Notes: generated from the letters alone by a model not told the origin. 64,000 nt of DNA from Eledone cirrhosa (GCA_964016885.1 OZ024754.1:9114001-9178000), one strand, 5' to 3'. Shown: positions 46,902-58,895, counted from the stretch's first letter. Made by a program: numbers and translations.

Positions 46902-49900
46902 ATGAAAAGAGTGAATATAAATACTAAGGACGGTTTTAATGTTCATGTGTACACACTGGATAACATTTGTTTTGAAACTACAGTATTACCTCACACCAAT
47001 GGCCATGATTGTTTGACTTATGTTGCCCACCAGCTTGGAATAAAAGACGCGAAATATTTTGGTTTTCGTCACATCACCGACGATCTGCGAGTTGAATGGA
47101 TTGATTTAGATAAGCGGTTGGTGAAACAACTCGCTACAAACTCTGAACACCCTACTTTGTATTTTGGTGTGATGTGTTATATTTTCCAGGCTTATAAAAT
47201 AGAGGATAAGAGAGCACGGCATCAGTATTTCAAGCAGCTTCACGTTGATTATATATATGATCAAAATAAATGTTTACCAGAGAGAGCTATCAACTTAGCC
47301 TCATTTCACCTGAATGCAACGCAAGGTCCATATAATTCCCAAAAGCACACGTATTTAGCTGTTCGCCGTCTGAAACTGTTTCCACGTCGCCTAATGGATG
47401 ATGAAAGAGTTGCTGAAGATGTTATAGAAAAAACTCTTCTGAAGTATCAACACCTTGCTATAGGTTGTGAATTTAGTGCAACGCTTTATATAATAGAATT
47501 CGAGCGTGCGGTGTATTATGGAATGGAATGCCATAGTGCTGTTTTTTACAACACAGGGGAGTCGCTGTATCTAATAACTTCACATAACGGAATTCTGATT
47601 AAATATTTAACGTCGATAACAGGATGTCTCTTTAAATGGGCAGATATTATTGCAATAAGACGATCTAGAAAGACTAGGATTACAATTAACGAAAAGATAT
47701 TTGGTTCCGCACAATTTCAATTCGCCAATAAAAAAAGAGCGAAATACTTTTTCCGAATGGCCTGTCTTTTTTACAGATTCTATCAAGATAATAGAATATT
47801 TTGTGGCAAACTATCCAAAGATACGGTTGAGACTGAGGATGACACACCTTACACAATATTGCTATCAAATAGTCCATCAGACACTTTGAGAATTCTTATC
47901 AATTACCAGCAATCGTTTACCCCTGTTCCTGAGGACATTAGCCCAGCTTCTAGTAGCATTTATGAAGCTAGTGACACTACACAGACCCTCCCCATACAAA
48001 CATCGCTTCAAGAGAAAATTGCTTCCTATACACACGAAGCAATTGACACCCTTTGTTCGGTGCCAGAGAATGTTAGTTCTGTGCAAGTTCGGAAAAGAGA
48101 GACATTAGATATCGAAATAGAGCCCCAGCCTATTATAAATATCGTTGCTACTCAAGTATGGTTAAAGAAAGAAATATTTTCGGATGACTCTCTAACAATA
48201 AAACACAAAGCATGGAAACGTAACATGGGCACACAAACACTACCTTGCTTGAAATCTATGATTGAAGATCGATTCAAGAATTATTCTAACACTCATCCAC
48301 TATATTTGCTTTATTGGACTTTAAAAAATATTCTTCAATATCTAGACAGTGTAGAACATTCCGAAAGTCAAACCCCGATTGCTGAAATTGAATCAAAACT
48401 GAAAACTGAGACTGGTTTCTCCTATTTGCAACCGGTCAAATTACCCGATGTTCCTGAGAGTAAACACCCTACAACTCCACAACAGTCAACATTCAAAGAA
48501 CCTGGTGTTCCTGAGAGTAAACACCCTACAACTCCACAACAGTCAACATTCAAAGAACCCGATGTTCCTGAGAGTAAACACCCTACAACTCCACAACAGT
48601 CAACATTCAAAGAACCCGACGTTCCTGAGAGTAAACGCCCTACAACTCCACAACAGTCAACATTCAAAGAACCCGATGTTCCTGAGAGTAAACACCCTAC
48701 AACTCCACAACAGTCAGCATTCAAAGAACCCGATGTTCCTGAGAGTAAATCCCCTACAACTCCACAACAGTCAGCATTCAAAGAACCCGATGTTCCTGAG
48801 AGTAAATCCCCTACAACTCCACAACAGTCAGCATTCAAAGAACCCGATGTTCCTGAGAGTAAACACCCTACAACTCCACAACAGTCGGCATTCAAAGAAC
48901 CCGATGTTCCTGAGAGTAAACAGTCAACATTCAAAGAACCCGATGTTCCTGAGAGTAAACAGTCAACATTCAAAGAACCCGATGTTCCTGAGAGTAAACA
49001 GTCAACATTCAAAGAACCCGATGTTCCTGAGAGTAAACAGTCAACATTCAAAGAACCCGATGTTCCTGAGAGTAAACAGTCAACATTCAAAGAACCCGAT
49101 GTTCCTGAGAGTAAACAGTCAACATTCAAAGAACTCGATGTTCCTGAGAGTAAATCCCCTACAACTCCAAAACAGTCGGCATTTAAAGAACTCGATGTTC
49201 CTGAGAGTAAATCCCCTACAACTCCAAAACAGTCGGCATTTAAAGAACGCGATGTTCCTCAGAGCAAACTCCCTGCAACTCCACAACAGTCAGCATTTAA
49301 AGAACACGATGTTCACGAGAGTAAACTCCCTGCAACTCCACAACAGCCGGCATTTAAAGAACACGATGTTCATGAGAGTAAACTCCCTGCAACTCCACAA
49401 CAGCCGGCATTTAAAGAACCAATTAGTGAAACGGACACTTCATTTAGTTCTAGTTATATTTCCTTCAGGAATGAAGCTGGTGCTGTTTTATCCACTAGCA
49501 CAAAGGAAACAAACTCGTCGAACGTTGTTGAATCACAACCTGACGCACCCATAGATATACAATCAAAAGACCACACAGTCAGTTCTAAACCACAGCTGTC
49601 GCAAAGTGAATATTCGAAAGGAGCTATTCCCAAATATTGGAAAAGAACAATTGTGTCTGAAGAAATTACAAAGAAATGTGCAGATTTACAACTTAAATTA
49701 CGCGAAGGCTATGTTTTCACAGAGTTCCAAGAAGTCGATTTAAAATATACACATATTCCTTGTACGGTTGGCCGTCAGTTGGATAACCTTTCTAGAAACC
49801 GTTCTCCAACTGTTATACCTTATGATGAAAATCGTGTAAAACTATCGGAAAGCCTTAGCAATTCTTCTGGTTATATAAATGCATCTCGCATAAAATGGAA

Positions 49901-50570
49901 ACACGATGACTTTCAATTAAACTTCATTGCAGCTGAAGCACCACTTGAAAATACAGTCGAAGACTTTTGGCAAATGATTTGGGAGCAAAAGGTTTCTCTA
50001 ATAATTATGTTAAATTCTGTAGATGACGAAGATAAAGCTGGTTGTTGCTCGTATTGGCCCCGAGATCGGGAACCTGGCCATAAATTTCAGTTTGCATCGC
50101 GTAAAATTATTTTTCATACTTCTAAAAAAACTACCGATTACACTTTAGACATTCTTTCAATTATTGATAATTCTGGTGACCAACAAATAATAAGTAATCT
50201 TTCTTTTACTAAATGGTCTAAAGACGACTGCCCGTGTGATATTCCTACTTTTATCAACTTAGTGGAAGAGATTGAAATTCAACAGAGGCTTTTGAGTATA
50301 GAAACTTCTGTGGCGTCTCCAGCTGTTGTTCTCTGTCACAATGGAGTTGGCCGTACTGGAGTCCTAATAATGTCGTTAATTATGAAGGTTTGTTTGAAGC
50401 ATAACCTTGATGTAGGTGTGCAGTATTTGCTTTCCTTGCTCCGTGCCAGTAGAATGCACTTGGTTAGAACACAAAAACAATATAATTACGTTTATAAAGC
50501 TCTGATTTGTTATCTGAAAAGTTCACACTCTCAGCAAGTATCCTATGTCTTTGGTCCAGTTAAACTCTAA
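46902..50570 (+). CDS. Intronless FERM-PTP (PTPN14/21-like), copy 3 (1222 aa), more divergent
   Basis: Same architecture and the same atcacaATG start context; FERM clearly diverged, PTP core close to copies 1/2; LCHNGVGRTG. Confidence 0.93.
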   Translation: MKRVNINTKDGFNVHVYTLDNICFETTVLPHTNGHDCLTYVAHQLGIKDAKYFGFRHITDDLRVEWIDLDKRLVKQLATNSEHPTLYFGVMCYIFQAYKIEDKRARHQYFKQLHVDYIYDQNKCLPERAINLASFHLNATQGPYNSQKHTYLAVRRLKLFPRRLMDDERVAEDVIEKTLLKYQHLAIGCEFSATLYIIEFERAVYYGMECHSAVFYNTGESLYLITSHNGILIKYLTSITGCLFKWADIIAIRRSRKTRITINEKIFGSAQFQFANKKRAKYFFRMACLFYRFYQDNRIFCGKLSKDTVETEDDTPYTILLSNSPSDTLRILINYQQSFTPVPEDISPASSSIYEASDTTQTLPIQTSLQEKIASYTHEAIDTLCSVPENVSSVQVRKRETLDIEIEPQPIINIVATQVWLKKEIFSDDSLTIKHKAWKRNMGTQTLPCLKSMIEDRFKNYSNTHPLYLLYWTLKNILQYLDSVEHSESQTPIAEIESKLKTETGFSYLQPVKLPDVPESKHPTTPQQSTFKEPGVPESKHPTTPQQSTFKEPDVPESKHPTTPQQSTFKEPDVPESKRPTTPQQSTFKEPDVPESKHPTTPQQSAFKEPDVPESKSPTTPQQSAFKEPDVPESKSPTTPQQSAFKEPDVPESKHPTTPQQSAFKEPDVPESKQSTFKEPDVPESKQSTFKEPDVPESKQSTFKEPDVPESKQSTFKEPDVPESKQSTFKEPDVPESKQSTFKELDVPESKSPTTPKQSAFKELDVPESKSPTTPKQSAFKERDVPQSKLPATPQQSAFKEHDVHESKLPATPQQPAFKEHDVHESKLPATPQQPAFKEPISETDTSFSSSYISFRNEAGAVLSTSTKETNSSNVVESQPDAPIDIQSKDHTVSSKPQLSQSEYSKGAIPKYWKRTIVSEEITKKCADLQLKLREGYVFTEFQEVDLKYTHIPCTVGRQLDNLSRNRSPTVIPYDENRVKLSESLSNSSGYINASRIKWKHDDFQLNFIAAEAPLENTVEDFWQMIWEQKVSLIIMLNSVDDEDKAGCCSYWPRDREPGHKFQFASRKIIFHTSKKTTDYTLDILSIIDNSGDQQIISNLSFTKWSKDDCPCDIPTFINLVEEIEIQQRLLSIETSVASPAVVLCHNGVGRTGVLIMSLIMKVCLKHNLDVGVQYLLSLLRASRMHLVRTQKQYNYVYKALICYLKSSHSQQVSYVFGPVKL
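48444..49418 (+). repeat. Coding minisatellite: 8x57 bp + 6x39 bp + 5x57 bp
   Basis: PDVPESKHPTTPQQSTFKE and the deletion variant PDVPESKQSTFKE, counted from the translation. Confidence 0.95.
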
Positions 50571-50642
50571 ATAGTTTGAAAATACATTGTTGCACATATC
50601 CCTTTTACATACTTAAATGTTTTGGCATATCTTTTTCTTAGT

Positions 50643-50705
50643 ATTAAAAACTTCTTGAAATTTATATAATAAAATGGATAATGTAGATATTTTCTTTTTT
50701 GTACT
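50643..50705 (+). terminator. Candidate polyadenylation signal of copy 3
   Basis: ATTAAA at 50643, AATAAA at 50668, downstream T-rich tract; positionally conserved with copies 1 and 2. Confidence 0.5.
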
Positions 50706-51556
50706 GAATCTGATTTTCCGCTAAAAATATAAGTAAAAAAAAATTAAACGTTATTGCACCCAGACCATCTCAGTTTTGTTTTGTACTAACACAAACTTCG
50801 ACTGCCGATAAGTAGAAAGCTCTCCAAAGAGAGAGATATTTGTCATATGTTCACAATATTGTTAATTTAAGGGGTTCTAATTCCCTGTAAATAAAATCCT
50901 TAATTAGAAAGTTTCGTTCTCCTTACTCCGCCCACACAATTGTGTAATTTATATTCGAGGTGTACTTCAGATAGAGGAGAAATCGACAAAATAGAACCAT
51001 ATAGCCGATAGTAGACCGACCTCTGGAACATTGCAATCGGGTTTTGCCTTATGTATTTGAACGCTATATTAAAGTCATCTGGAAGGGTTAATTGGGGGAA
51101 AAAAGGAAGATATAAAGTTTTGAATCTTAACATTAATAATTATCCTTTTCATTGTGGTGATTAGTGCGTTTTTTTTTTTAAATTTATAACCAGAAAACAT
51201 CGTTGTCTAAGCATTGATGACTTGGCCCTCTCAGGAATAAGTGGGCGAAGAAGAGGTGTGGTTCAATTTAACTTTGTAGGCAACAGTTTGACTTTCGTTG
51301 TCTCTATTATAAATTTATGTCGCATACATTTGAAGTTTTCTTTAGTTAGTTTAGAAATTCGAATAAGCTACAACATATCTCCTCAGACAGCACAACAGCT
51401 TGTATTAATTTTGATAGTCTTCCTCCTCACCACTTCGGTTCTTTGGGTTATTTAACGTTATTCCTTTTTTACAATCATGTAAAAAAAAATTAAGACGATA
51501 ATAACAGCTGGTTTATGATAGTTCAGGAAGTCTCTCTCTCTTTGTGTGTCTATATA

Positions 51557-51700
51557 ATATAGAAATGGCTTCTACAGGACTAGAACTGTTTCGTTTGAAG
51601 GAAATCACCAGGGGGAAACTTTCCTGATGATTTCTTTCGAATGAAACGGTTCTAGTCCTGTAAAAGCTATTTCTACTCTATGTATTGTGGTTACCCCCCC
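51557..51700. mobile_element. Fold-back hammerhead-bearing element, family A (older copy)
   Basis: Same arms; ctttc-CTGATGA-tttctttcgaat-GAAA-cgg-ttctagtc-ctg-TA-aaag at ~51619-51666. Confidence 0.75.
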
Positions 51701-52027
51701 CCCCCCATACACATCTCTCTCTCTCTCTACAGACAGACAGGGTGTCCCAAAAATGTAAACACTCTGATGAGAATGCTGTTGAAATGTGTGTACATTTTTC
51801 TTGATATTTTCAGTTCATAAAATTCCTGGAGTTAATTTTTTGATAATACCCATTCAGATGTATCTATAAAATGACGCAATCATATGCAAAATAGTATCGA
51901 AACTGGGACCAAGTCCAAGCTACAGCTTATGTGCAGAGCTAAACTCACTTTGAGATGTGTCAATTGATATAGATCATAATTGGTTAATGGGTACACAAAA
52001 ATATCACATGATCCACATGACAGGTGT

Positions 52028-52250
52028 AATGTGTTCGAACTCCCACCGTCATCGCCTCCATCTCTTTGTATTTTAAGCAAATGCCCCCCCCCCCCCGGAG
52101 GATGGTAAGGGAGATGCGCTGAAAGAGCCATGGCGGTTGATTGGCAGAAGCGTCAGAGCATTGGACAAAATGTCTTGTAGCATTTAGCTATGGCCCTTTA
52201 CATTCCCAGTTCAAATCCTGTCGAGGTCAACTTTGCATTTCATCCATCGG
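52028..52250. mobile_element. CRE-like 3' remnant (-) abutting a tRNA-SINE 5' half (+)
   Basis: 52028-52131 matches 30908-31092; SINE head from 52132. Confidence 0.65.
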
Positions 52251-52524
52251 GGAGAGGAGAGGGACGGTCCATATACCCTAGTTTGAGCGATGCCGCAATC
52301 TCAGTTAACGGTAGAATGACCAGAGACACCCGCTGCAGAAGTCACCTCATGGGGCTCCCTTCTCAAGCAGGCCGTCGTCTTTCTGACTTTACGGAGGAAA
52401 ACAGCAGTGCGGGGACCAGGGGTCTCGACGGAGGCCGGTGCTAATATAACTAGTGGTGGTTGGTAGAGCGTCATGATGCAAACTAAAGTATTGATTTAGT
52501 CTTGGGTGATGCGACAATGTTAAT

Positions 52525-53570
52525 TATGATTTCTACTATTGGCACCAGGCCAGTAATTTGGGAGGAGGGGGGGCGGTCGATTAAATCGACTCCAGTGCAT
52601 TACTGGTACTTTATTTAATCGAACCCCTAAGGATGAAAAGCAAAGTTAACCTCGGCGGGATTTGAACTCGGTCCGTAAAGGGAAGTAACTCTTTGCTGCA
52701 AATGAACTCTTTACATGTTGCGACACACGTATTAAATAATTTTCTACTTTTGGCACAAGGCCAGCAATTACCTTTACATTGTCAATTGACATTGATCATC
52801 TGCAAAGCTGCATTGTTCTCAAAACCACTACACCAGTCTTTCGATGCGTGCAGCTGTCACTACAGCCACCTATTGATTTGGCAGGATTTTTTTGATCGGA
52901 ATTTTAATCAACTTTGCCCTTCTATCAAATTTTCTGCCATAGTCTCTAAAATAGAAATCATTATTATTATTATTATTATTATTAGTAGTAGTAGAAGTAG
53001 TAGTTGTAGGGTCATTGCGGTATTTGTCTTGGCTTTTTAAATCCTGACTGTAAATGTCGCCAAGTACAATTTCGTCTTCCATCCTTGCAGGATCGTTAAA
53101 ATAAAGTACCAGTAACGTACTGGTGTCGATTTAATTGACTTGGCTCCTTTGGCCTTGTGCCAAATATAGAAACAATTATCAGTAGTGGTAGTAACAATCT
53201 CAATAGATGGGGATAGTCGTAGTAGTAATGGTAGTGGTGGTGGTAGTAATAGTAGTAGTGGTGGTAGAAGTAATTGAAGTAGTAGTAGTCGTACTAGTTT
53301 AAAAGAAGGTCAATAAAAGGGTGTTCGTTATTTAGAGCGGAACAAGAGTAGTGGATTGGCAGAATCGGTAGAGCGTCGAACACCTTGCTTAGTGGCATAG
53401 AGTTACGGCCCTTTACGTTCTAAGTTCAAATCCCGCCGAGGTTAGTTTTGCCTTTCATCTTAAGGGGTTGATAAATTAAAGTACCAGTAATGCACTAGGG
53501 ATCGATTTAATCGACTTTCCCCTCCCCACCGAAAATTGTTGGCCTTATGCCTAAATCAGGAACCCTTATT
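52525..53570. mobile_element. SINE cluster (52525-52700 -, 53020-53180 +, 53351-53570 +)
   Basis: Family core and tail sequences. Confidence 0.8.
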
Positions 53571-55612
53571 TAGAGTGGAACAGAGGTTAGGGGTGGGTGT
53601 TGGAAGACGCTGATGCTTAGTGAAAACAAAAGTGACATTGAAATACCAGTAATAAACTGAGGTAGGTTAGATCGACCAACCCACTATTCTACCACAAAAA
53701 TATGCTGCGTTTAAAAATGTGTTAGAATTTAATGCAGGAAAGTGAAAATTGATATGAAACACAATAGTGTGTTTGTGTGGAATAGGGGATACATTTTGAT
53801 AAAAAGTTTGCATATTGTGTTTAGTTTTATGTGGTTTTGGGTTAATTCAAAGCCCACCTCGGGTGGTACAAACCCTGGCTACGCCACTTGCTTATACAAA
53901 ATCCCCAAACGGAAATATCTAAAGGGAAAATGATAAGTTGTCACTTTCATGCATTTCACCAAGGGCCATTAGCTACGCATATGAAATGAGATACCTTTAA
54001 CCGAAAATAGAAGCAGTTCTGGGAGTAGGATGGCTGGCTGGCTGGGTGTTCCTAATCAGGGGCTTTAAACGACCCTTAACGTGTCATTGATTCTCTTTGT
54101 CTAGAGACAAGGTCCTATATTTTTAGAGAAGGAGATAGGGAAGTTACAAGGTTGTCTTTCTCAAGAACGTTTGTGGCCTATTTTAAAGCGAACTGGTTCT
54201 AGTTTCTAGCCAGGAATCGAAACCGTGTCACAGAATCGCTTCACTACTTGCTTTAATGATGTTTGCTTTCCCCTTATCAAGATAAGATATAAAACAACAG
54301 AGGCAGCCTTCGGGTAAGAAAACCATACAGTTGTATACGTCCCCTACTCCACATTCATACCCAGGCAATAAGGATGAAATTAGATATAGATACTATGTGT
54401 ACTGTTAGTAGGTTTAGCAAAACACACACACAGACAGACACACACACACACGTACACGCACACACACATATATATATAACTTAGAGACACGGCGATCGTG
54501 TTAGTCAGTTCGTCCGTCCGCCAGTCAGTCGGTTGTGAAGAAACTCAACTGGAGTGTGCCTGCTTTTTAAGCCATACAACTGTACTTTTATAACTGCCGT
54601 CTCCGTTGAAAGCGACAGATACTACCTGATCAACAACTACTTTTACCCATGCATAAATTACAGACGTTCGTACGTAAATATATGCGCGCGGATTAATTAA
54701 TACCAACAACAGCAACAATAATAATTATTAAAAAAAACAAACCATATTTTTATTTGCACCTTTCTTTTAACTTATAAATATATATATACATATATAAACA
54801 AAGAATATTTAAAAGATAGTGTGTTTTTGTTTTATAATCTACATGAAAAAAAGTAGATAATAACAAAAGCAACAACAATAATAACATCCTAAAGGAAGAA
54901 TTTAACTTTCAACGCAAAAACAAATAAACTTACATCAAGGATTTTTCAGGATAATATTTCAAGAAAAAGAAAAGGCCCTCAAAATACAAAAATATACAAG
55001 TAAAAAAAAAAAAAAAAAAAAAAAAATACGATTTTAATTTTTGGAATCTTGTCCAGACTTTCGTTTCAACATCTTGAGAAATTGTCGGTATTTCTGTAAA
55101 ATTTATTATCATTAATTGTTGCTCATGTAATTAATATGATTGTTTCTCACAGAAATTATTATTTTTTCTCAAAATTTATTTATCTCACTTAATCGGAACT
55201 TAATATTTTTCTATAATTTCTTTTTAGCTTTTTTATTGAACATTTATTTATCTTTTGAGTTTGTCAAATTATCCTGTTTTGTTTCGTTAGAAAACATATA
55301 TCCCCTTTACAGTCAGTTGTTTATATAGCACCTTTTCATTTACCTCGAAATCTCTACTAATTTTCATTAAATCATTATTATTGATTTGGTTTGGTACCTT
55401 ATTGTATTACATTCTACCCTGAACAAGACAACCAAATTTACTAGTCAAACAGAACTGTGTCTAATTAAGTAATTAATATTAAGAATATCATTTATAATAT
55501 ATTTTTCTGTGAGGAGATTTAGAAAAACAACAACCACCAAAACATCAAGATTTTATAAAACAAAAAGAAAAAAAAAAAGAATAAAATAAAATAAATAATA
55601 AAAAAAATAGAC

Positions 55613-58018
55613 ATGGATAACGACTTTGGCACCCATGTTAAAGCAAATGTTGCTGAAATTGTTGATGACAAATCAATAACAGACATGGAAAGTCTGAATC
55701 AAGATATTTCAATGAAATCAACCATGTTAACACAATCAAATACGATAGAAGTCAATGGGAATATTTCTACAGAGAGCTGTCATTTGCCTGATTCATTTTA
55801 TATAGCAAGTAACAATAACGTAGCAGACACATCTCCATATACAACTACGTTGTCTAATACTGAATCTAATTCATTGCAATCGACTTTCCCCGAAACAATT
55901 GAACCGCAAAAACATGTCCCTCTTGTAGTTGATATAACCGATGAATTAGTTGATGGAAGCATCAATGATGGGAACCACTTTAAACCAGAACAAGATGTCG
56001 AAGTTATAAGCATGTCTACGACAAACTATGACATAAAAATTGATGGGGTCAATAAAGAAGATGAGAAACAAAATTCTGAAGGGATATATAATAATATTTT
56101 CCCAACAGTAACTAATACAGACACACTTAATTCTCAGGTATTTGACAACATAGAAAATATCAATAACAAAACAGAAACTGACTTGAATTTCACAACTGGC
56201 ATGGACGGCATATCTAATTCACACACTGAGGTAGAAGTGGCTACTCCTTATTTTATGGAAAGTCCATCTCAGGAAATAACGGAACCAATATGTGAAAGTG
56301 TTACAGAGACTGAAGAAAATTTTCAACAATTTTCGCCAACTGTATCGTCTGATTATGAAAATCTCACTAACCAAACAAACACTGATTTGGATTTCAGAAC
56401 TGGTATGGAAAACATATCTGGTTCATACCCCGAGGCAGAAATGGCTACTCCTGATTTCATAGAAGATTCATCTCAGAAAATAACTGAGACTTTTAAAGAA
56501 CCAATAAGTGAAAGAATTGGAGAAAGTGAAGATAATTTACAAAGTATTTCAACATCTGTATCGGAATATGAAGCAGGTAATACTGAGAGTGTCATCCAAG
56601 ACATAATTGATGAACCACTCGACAATTCATCGGAAATTATTGAAGCTAATCCCGAAGTCATCTCTGTAAATACATTTACATTAAAAACTGAAACAATTGG
56701 GGACGACAAAGTATTAGGAGATAGAACAAATGTGGAAGTATCTGAAGAATTAAACGTGCTAACTACAGCAATAGCAGAACACGTAGAAATTGTGGAGAAA
56801 GGAATCGTTGAAATTGATGATAATATTATTGAAAAACACCCCGACAACGATTCCGAGGTTTTATTTGGACAAACTGAAGTACAGATTGAAGAATTCGGAG
56901 TTTCGGTTTCAACCAAACCAATTTTGACTTCTATCGAACAATCTGAAAATCCTAACACGAATATCTCATATGAGATAGAAGAATCGTTTCCAGCCCAAAC
57001 TCTTCCAAGTATGGAAGAGAATGATTTACTTGAAAATGTGAAAGAGGTTTCCATTTTAGAGGAAAACAAAACAGTTGCTTTTGTAAACGAAGAAATAGCT
57101 TTGCTGAAGGATGAAGACGATAATGTTATTGATATAGCAGTAAAACAAGAAATACTTTTAGAAACTATTGAGAATGAACCAGCTGAAGACATTTCTGGGG
57201 AACCAATGTTAAGTTCTAACCTCTTCGTAGAATCTTTAATAGCCAAGGAAGAAAATGAAGTGAAAATTACAAACTTAGAATTTGAAGAAAACCATCTCCC
57301 ACCGAAGGCATTACAAGTCGAAGAAATAAAAGCCTTCTCTGCAACAGTTATCGAAGCTGAAGTTTCTTCAAACGAAAACATGGAGGCATTTTCAGTGAAA
57401 CTAAACGAACCTACGAAAGCCAATGTTCTAGAAATGGAACAAATTATCATAACCAGAGATGATGACAGGCTAGAACGAGAAGAAAACGATGTAATCCCAA
57501 GAGAACAAAAACAAACTCCATCAGTAATGACAGAACATAATCATATCAAGGAACCTGATTCTTTACCATTGACGAAAGGAAAGAGGAAAAACAAGATGAA
57601 AACGAAATCGGGACAACTGGCCTTTGATAAGGCCACAGAAATATTGGAAAGTATTAAAAACAAACCGAATACATATGAAAATGGTTTATATGTTCATCCC
57701 AAACATCAAGCCTATGCCACCGAGATAAAAGACGGTAATATAAATCTATTGAAATTTATCAGGTCTAGTAATGGTCAACTATCAGCTGATTCTGATCATT
57801 ACGAGTATTTGAAGTCATTCAGAAGGGAGAACGGTAATGACTATATCAACATGAAAATCAATGGCAGGAAACGGCGTAAAATGGTTGGTCGATTCATCTA
57901 CGAATGCTGTAACAAAATTACTTTATGGGAAAATATCAACATCATTTTCAACGATGGCAATAAACAAAATCAAAACCCTTCAAACTTATCGATTCAGCTG
58001 CAAGGAAATCACTCATAA
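55613..58018 (+). CDS. 801-aa acidic, probably disordered protein of unknown family (single-exon gene or large first coding exon)
   Basis: 2.4-kb non-repetitive ORF in AT-rich DNA with ATG start; E/D/T/S/N-rich; internal 68-aa duplication; basic clusters KGKRKNKMK and RKRRK. Confidence 0.75.
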   Translation: MDNDFGTHVKANVAEIVDDKSITDMESLNQDISMKSTMLTQSNTIEVNGNISTESCHLPDSFYIASNNNVADTSPYTTTLSNTESNSLQSTFPETIEPQKHVPLVVDITDELVDGSINDGNHFKPEQDVEVISMSTTNYDIKIDGVNKEDEKQNSEGIYNNIFPTVTNTDTLNSQVFDNIENINNKTETDLNFTTGMDGISNSHTEVEVATPYFMESPSQEITEPICESVTETEENFQQFSPTVSSDYENLTNQTNTDLDFRTGMENISGSYPEAEMATPDFIEDSSQKITETFKEPISERIGESEDNLQSISTSVSEYEAGNTESVIQDIIDEPLDNSSEIIEANPEVISVNTFTLKTETIGDDKVLGDRTNVEVSEELNVLTTAIAEHVEIVEKGIVEIDDNIIEKHPDNDSEVLFGQTEVQIEEFGVSVSTKPILTSIEQSENPNTNISYEIEESFPAQTLPSMEENDLLENVKEVSILEENKTVAFVNEEIALLKDEDDNVIDIAVKQEILLETIENEPAEDISGEPMLSSNLFVESLIAKEENEVKITNLEFEENHLPPKALQVEEIKAFSATVIEAEVSSNENMEAFSVKLNEPTKANVLEMEQIIITRDDDRLEREENDVIPREQKQTPSVMTEHNHIKEPDSLPLTKGKRKNKMKTKSGQLAFDKATEILESIKNKPNTYENGLYVHPKHQAYATEIKDGNINLLKFIRSSNGQLSADSDHYEYLKSFRRENGNDYINMKINGRKRRKMVGRFIYECCNKITLWENINIIFNDGNKQNQNPSNLSIQLQGNHS

Positions 58019-58342
58019 GTTTATATATATATATATATATATTTTATTTTTGCCATACCAAAATAAATAGCAGCAAATCGAAATGGTAATGTGATCGTCG
58101 TCGTCGTCGACGGCGGCGGCAGTGGTGGAGGTGGTGGTGGTGGTAATCATTGTGCACATAGTAAAGGTGAGATCGATTTATCTTTTAATGCGGATTAGTC
58201 GTCAAGTCAGGTGCCTTACCATTTTTTTTTCCAGTTCAACCAAATCGACTTTGTCTCTCTCATCGAACATCCCGTCCGATTCCAGTTAATAAGTATCGGT
58301 GGTATTATTGCTGATCACTTCCATCAACAAAAGAGCTTCCCT

Positions 58343-58478
58343 AACACCACCACCACCATCACTAGCATCACTACCATTACTACCACCACCACCAACAACA
58401 ACACCAGCAGTACCACCACCACCACCACCAACAACAACCACCACTAACACCACCACCAACAACACCACCAGCAGTACC

Positions 58479-58509
<31 letters not shown>

Positions 58510-58895
58510 CCACCAACCACCACCACTACAACCACCAACCACCACCACTACAACCACCACCAACAACAACAGCAGTACCACCACCACCACTACCACCAAC
58601 AACAATAATAACAATAAGAACACCAGCAGTACCACCACCACTGCCACTACTACCACCTACTACAACCACCACCACCGGTACTACTACCACCATCTACTAC
58701 AATACCACCACCACCACCACCACCACTGCCACTACTACTACTACCACCACCACCACTGCCACTACTACCACCTACTACAACAACCACCACCACTACCACC
58801 ACATACTACAACACCACCACCGGTACTACTACCACCATCTACTACACCACCACCACCACCACCACTGCTGCCACTACTACTACTACCATTACACC
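58343..58895. repeat. (ACC/ACT/ACA)n trinucleotide tract
   Basis: Seen directly. Confidence 0.93.
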
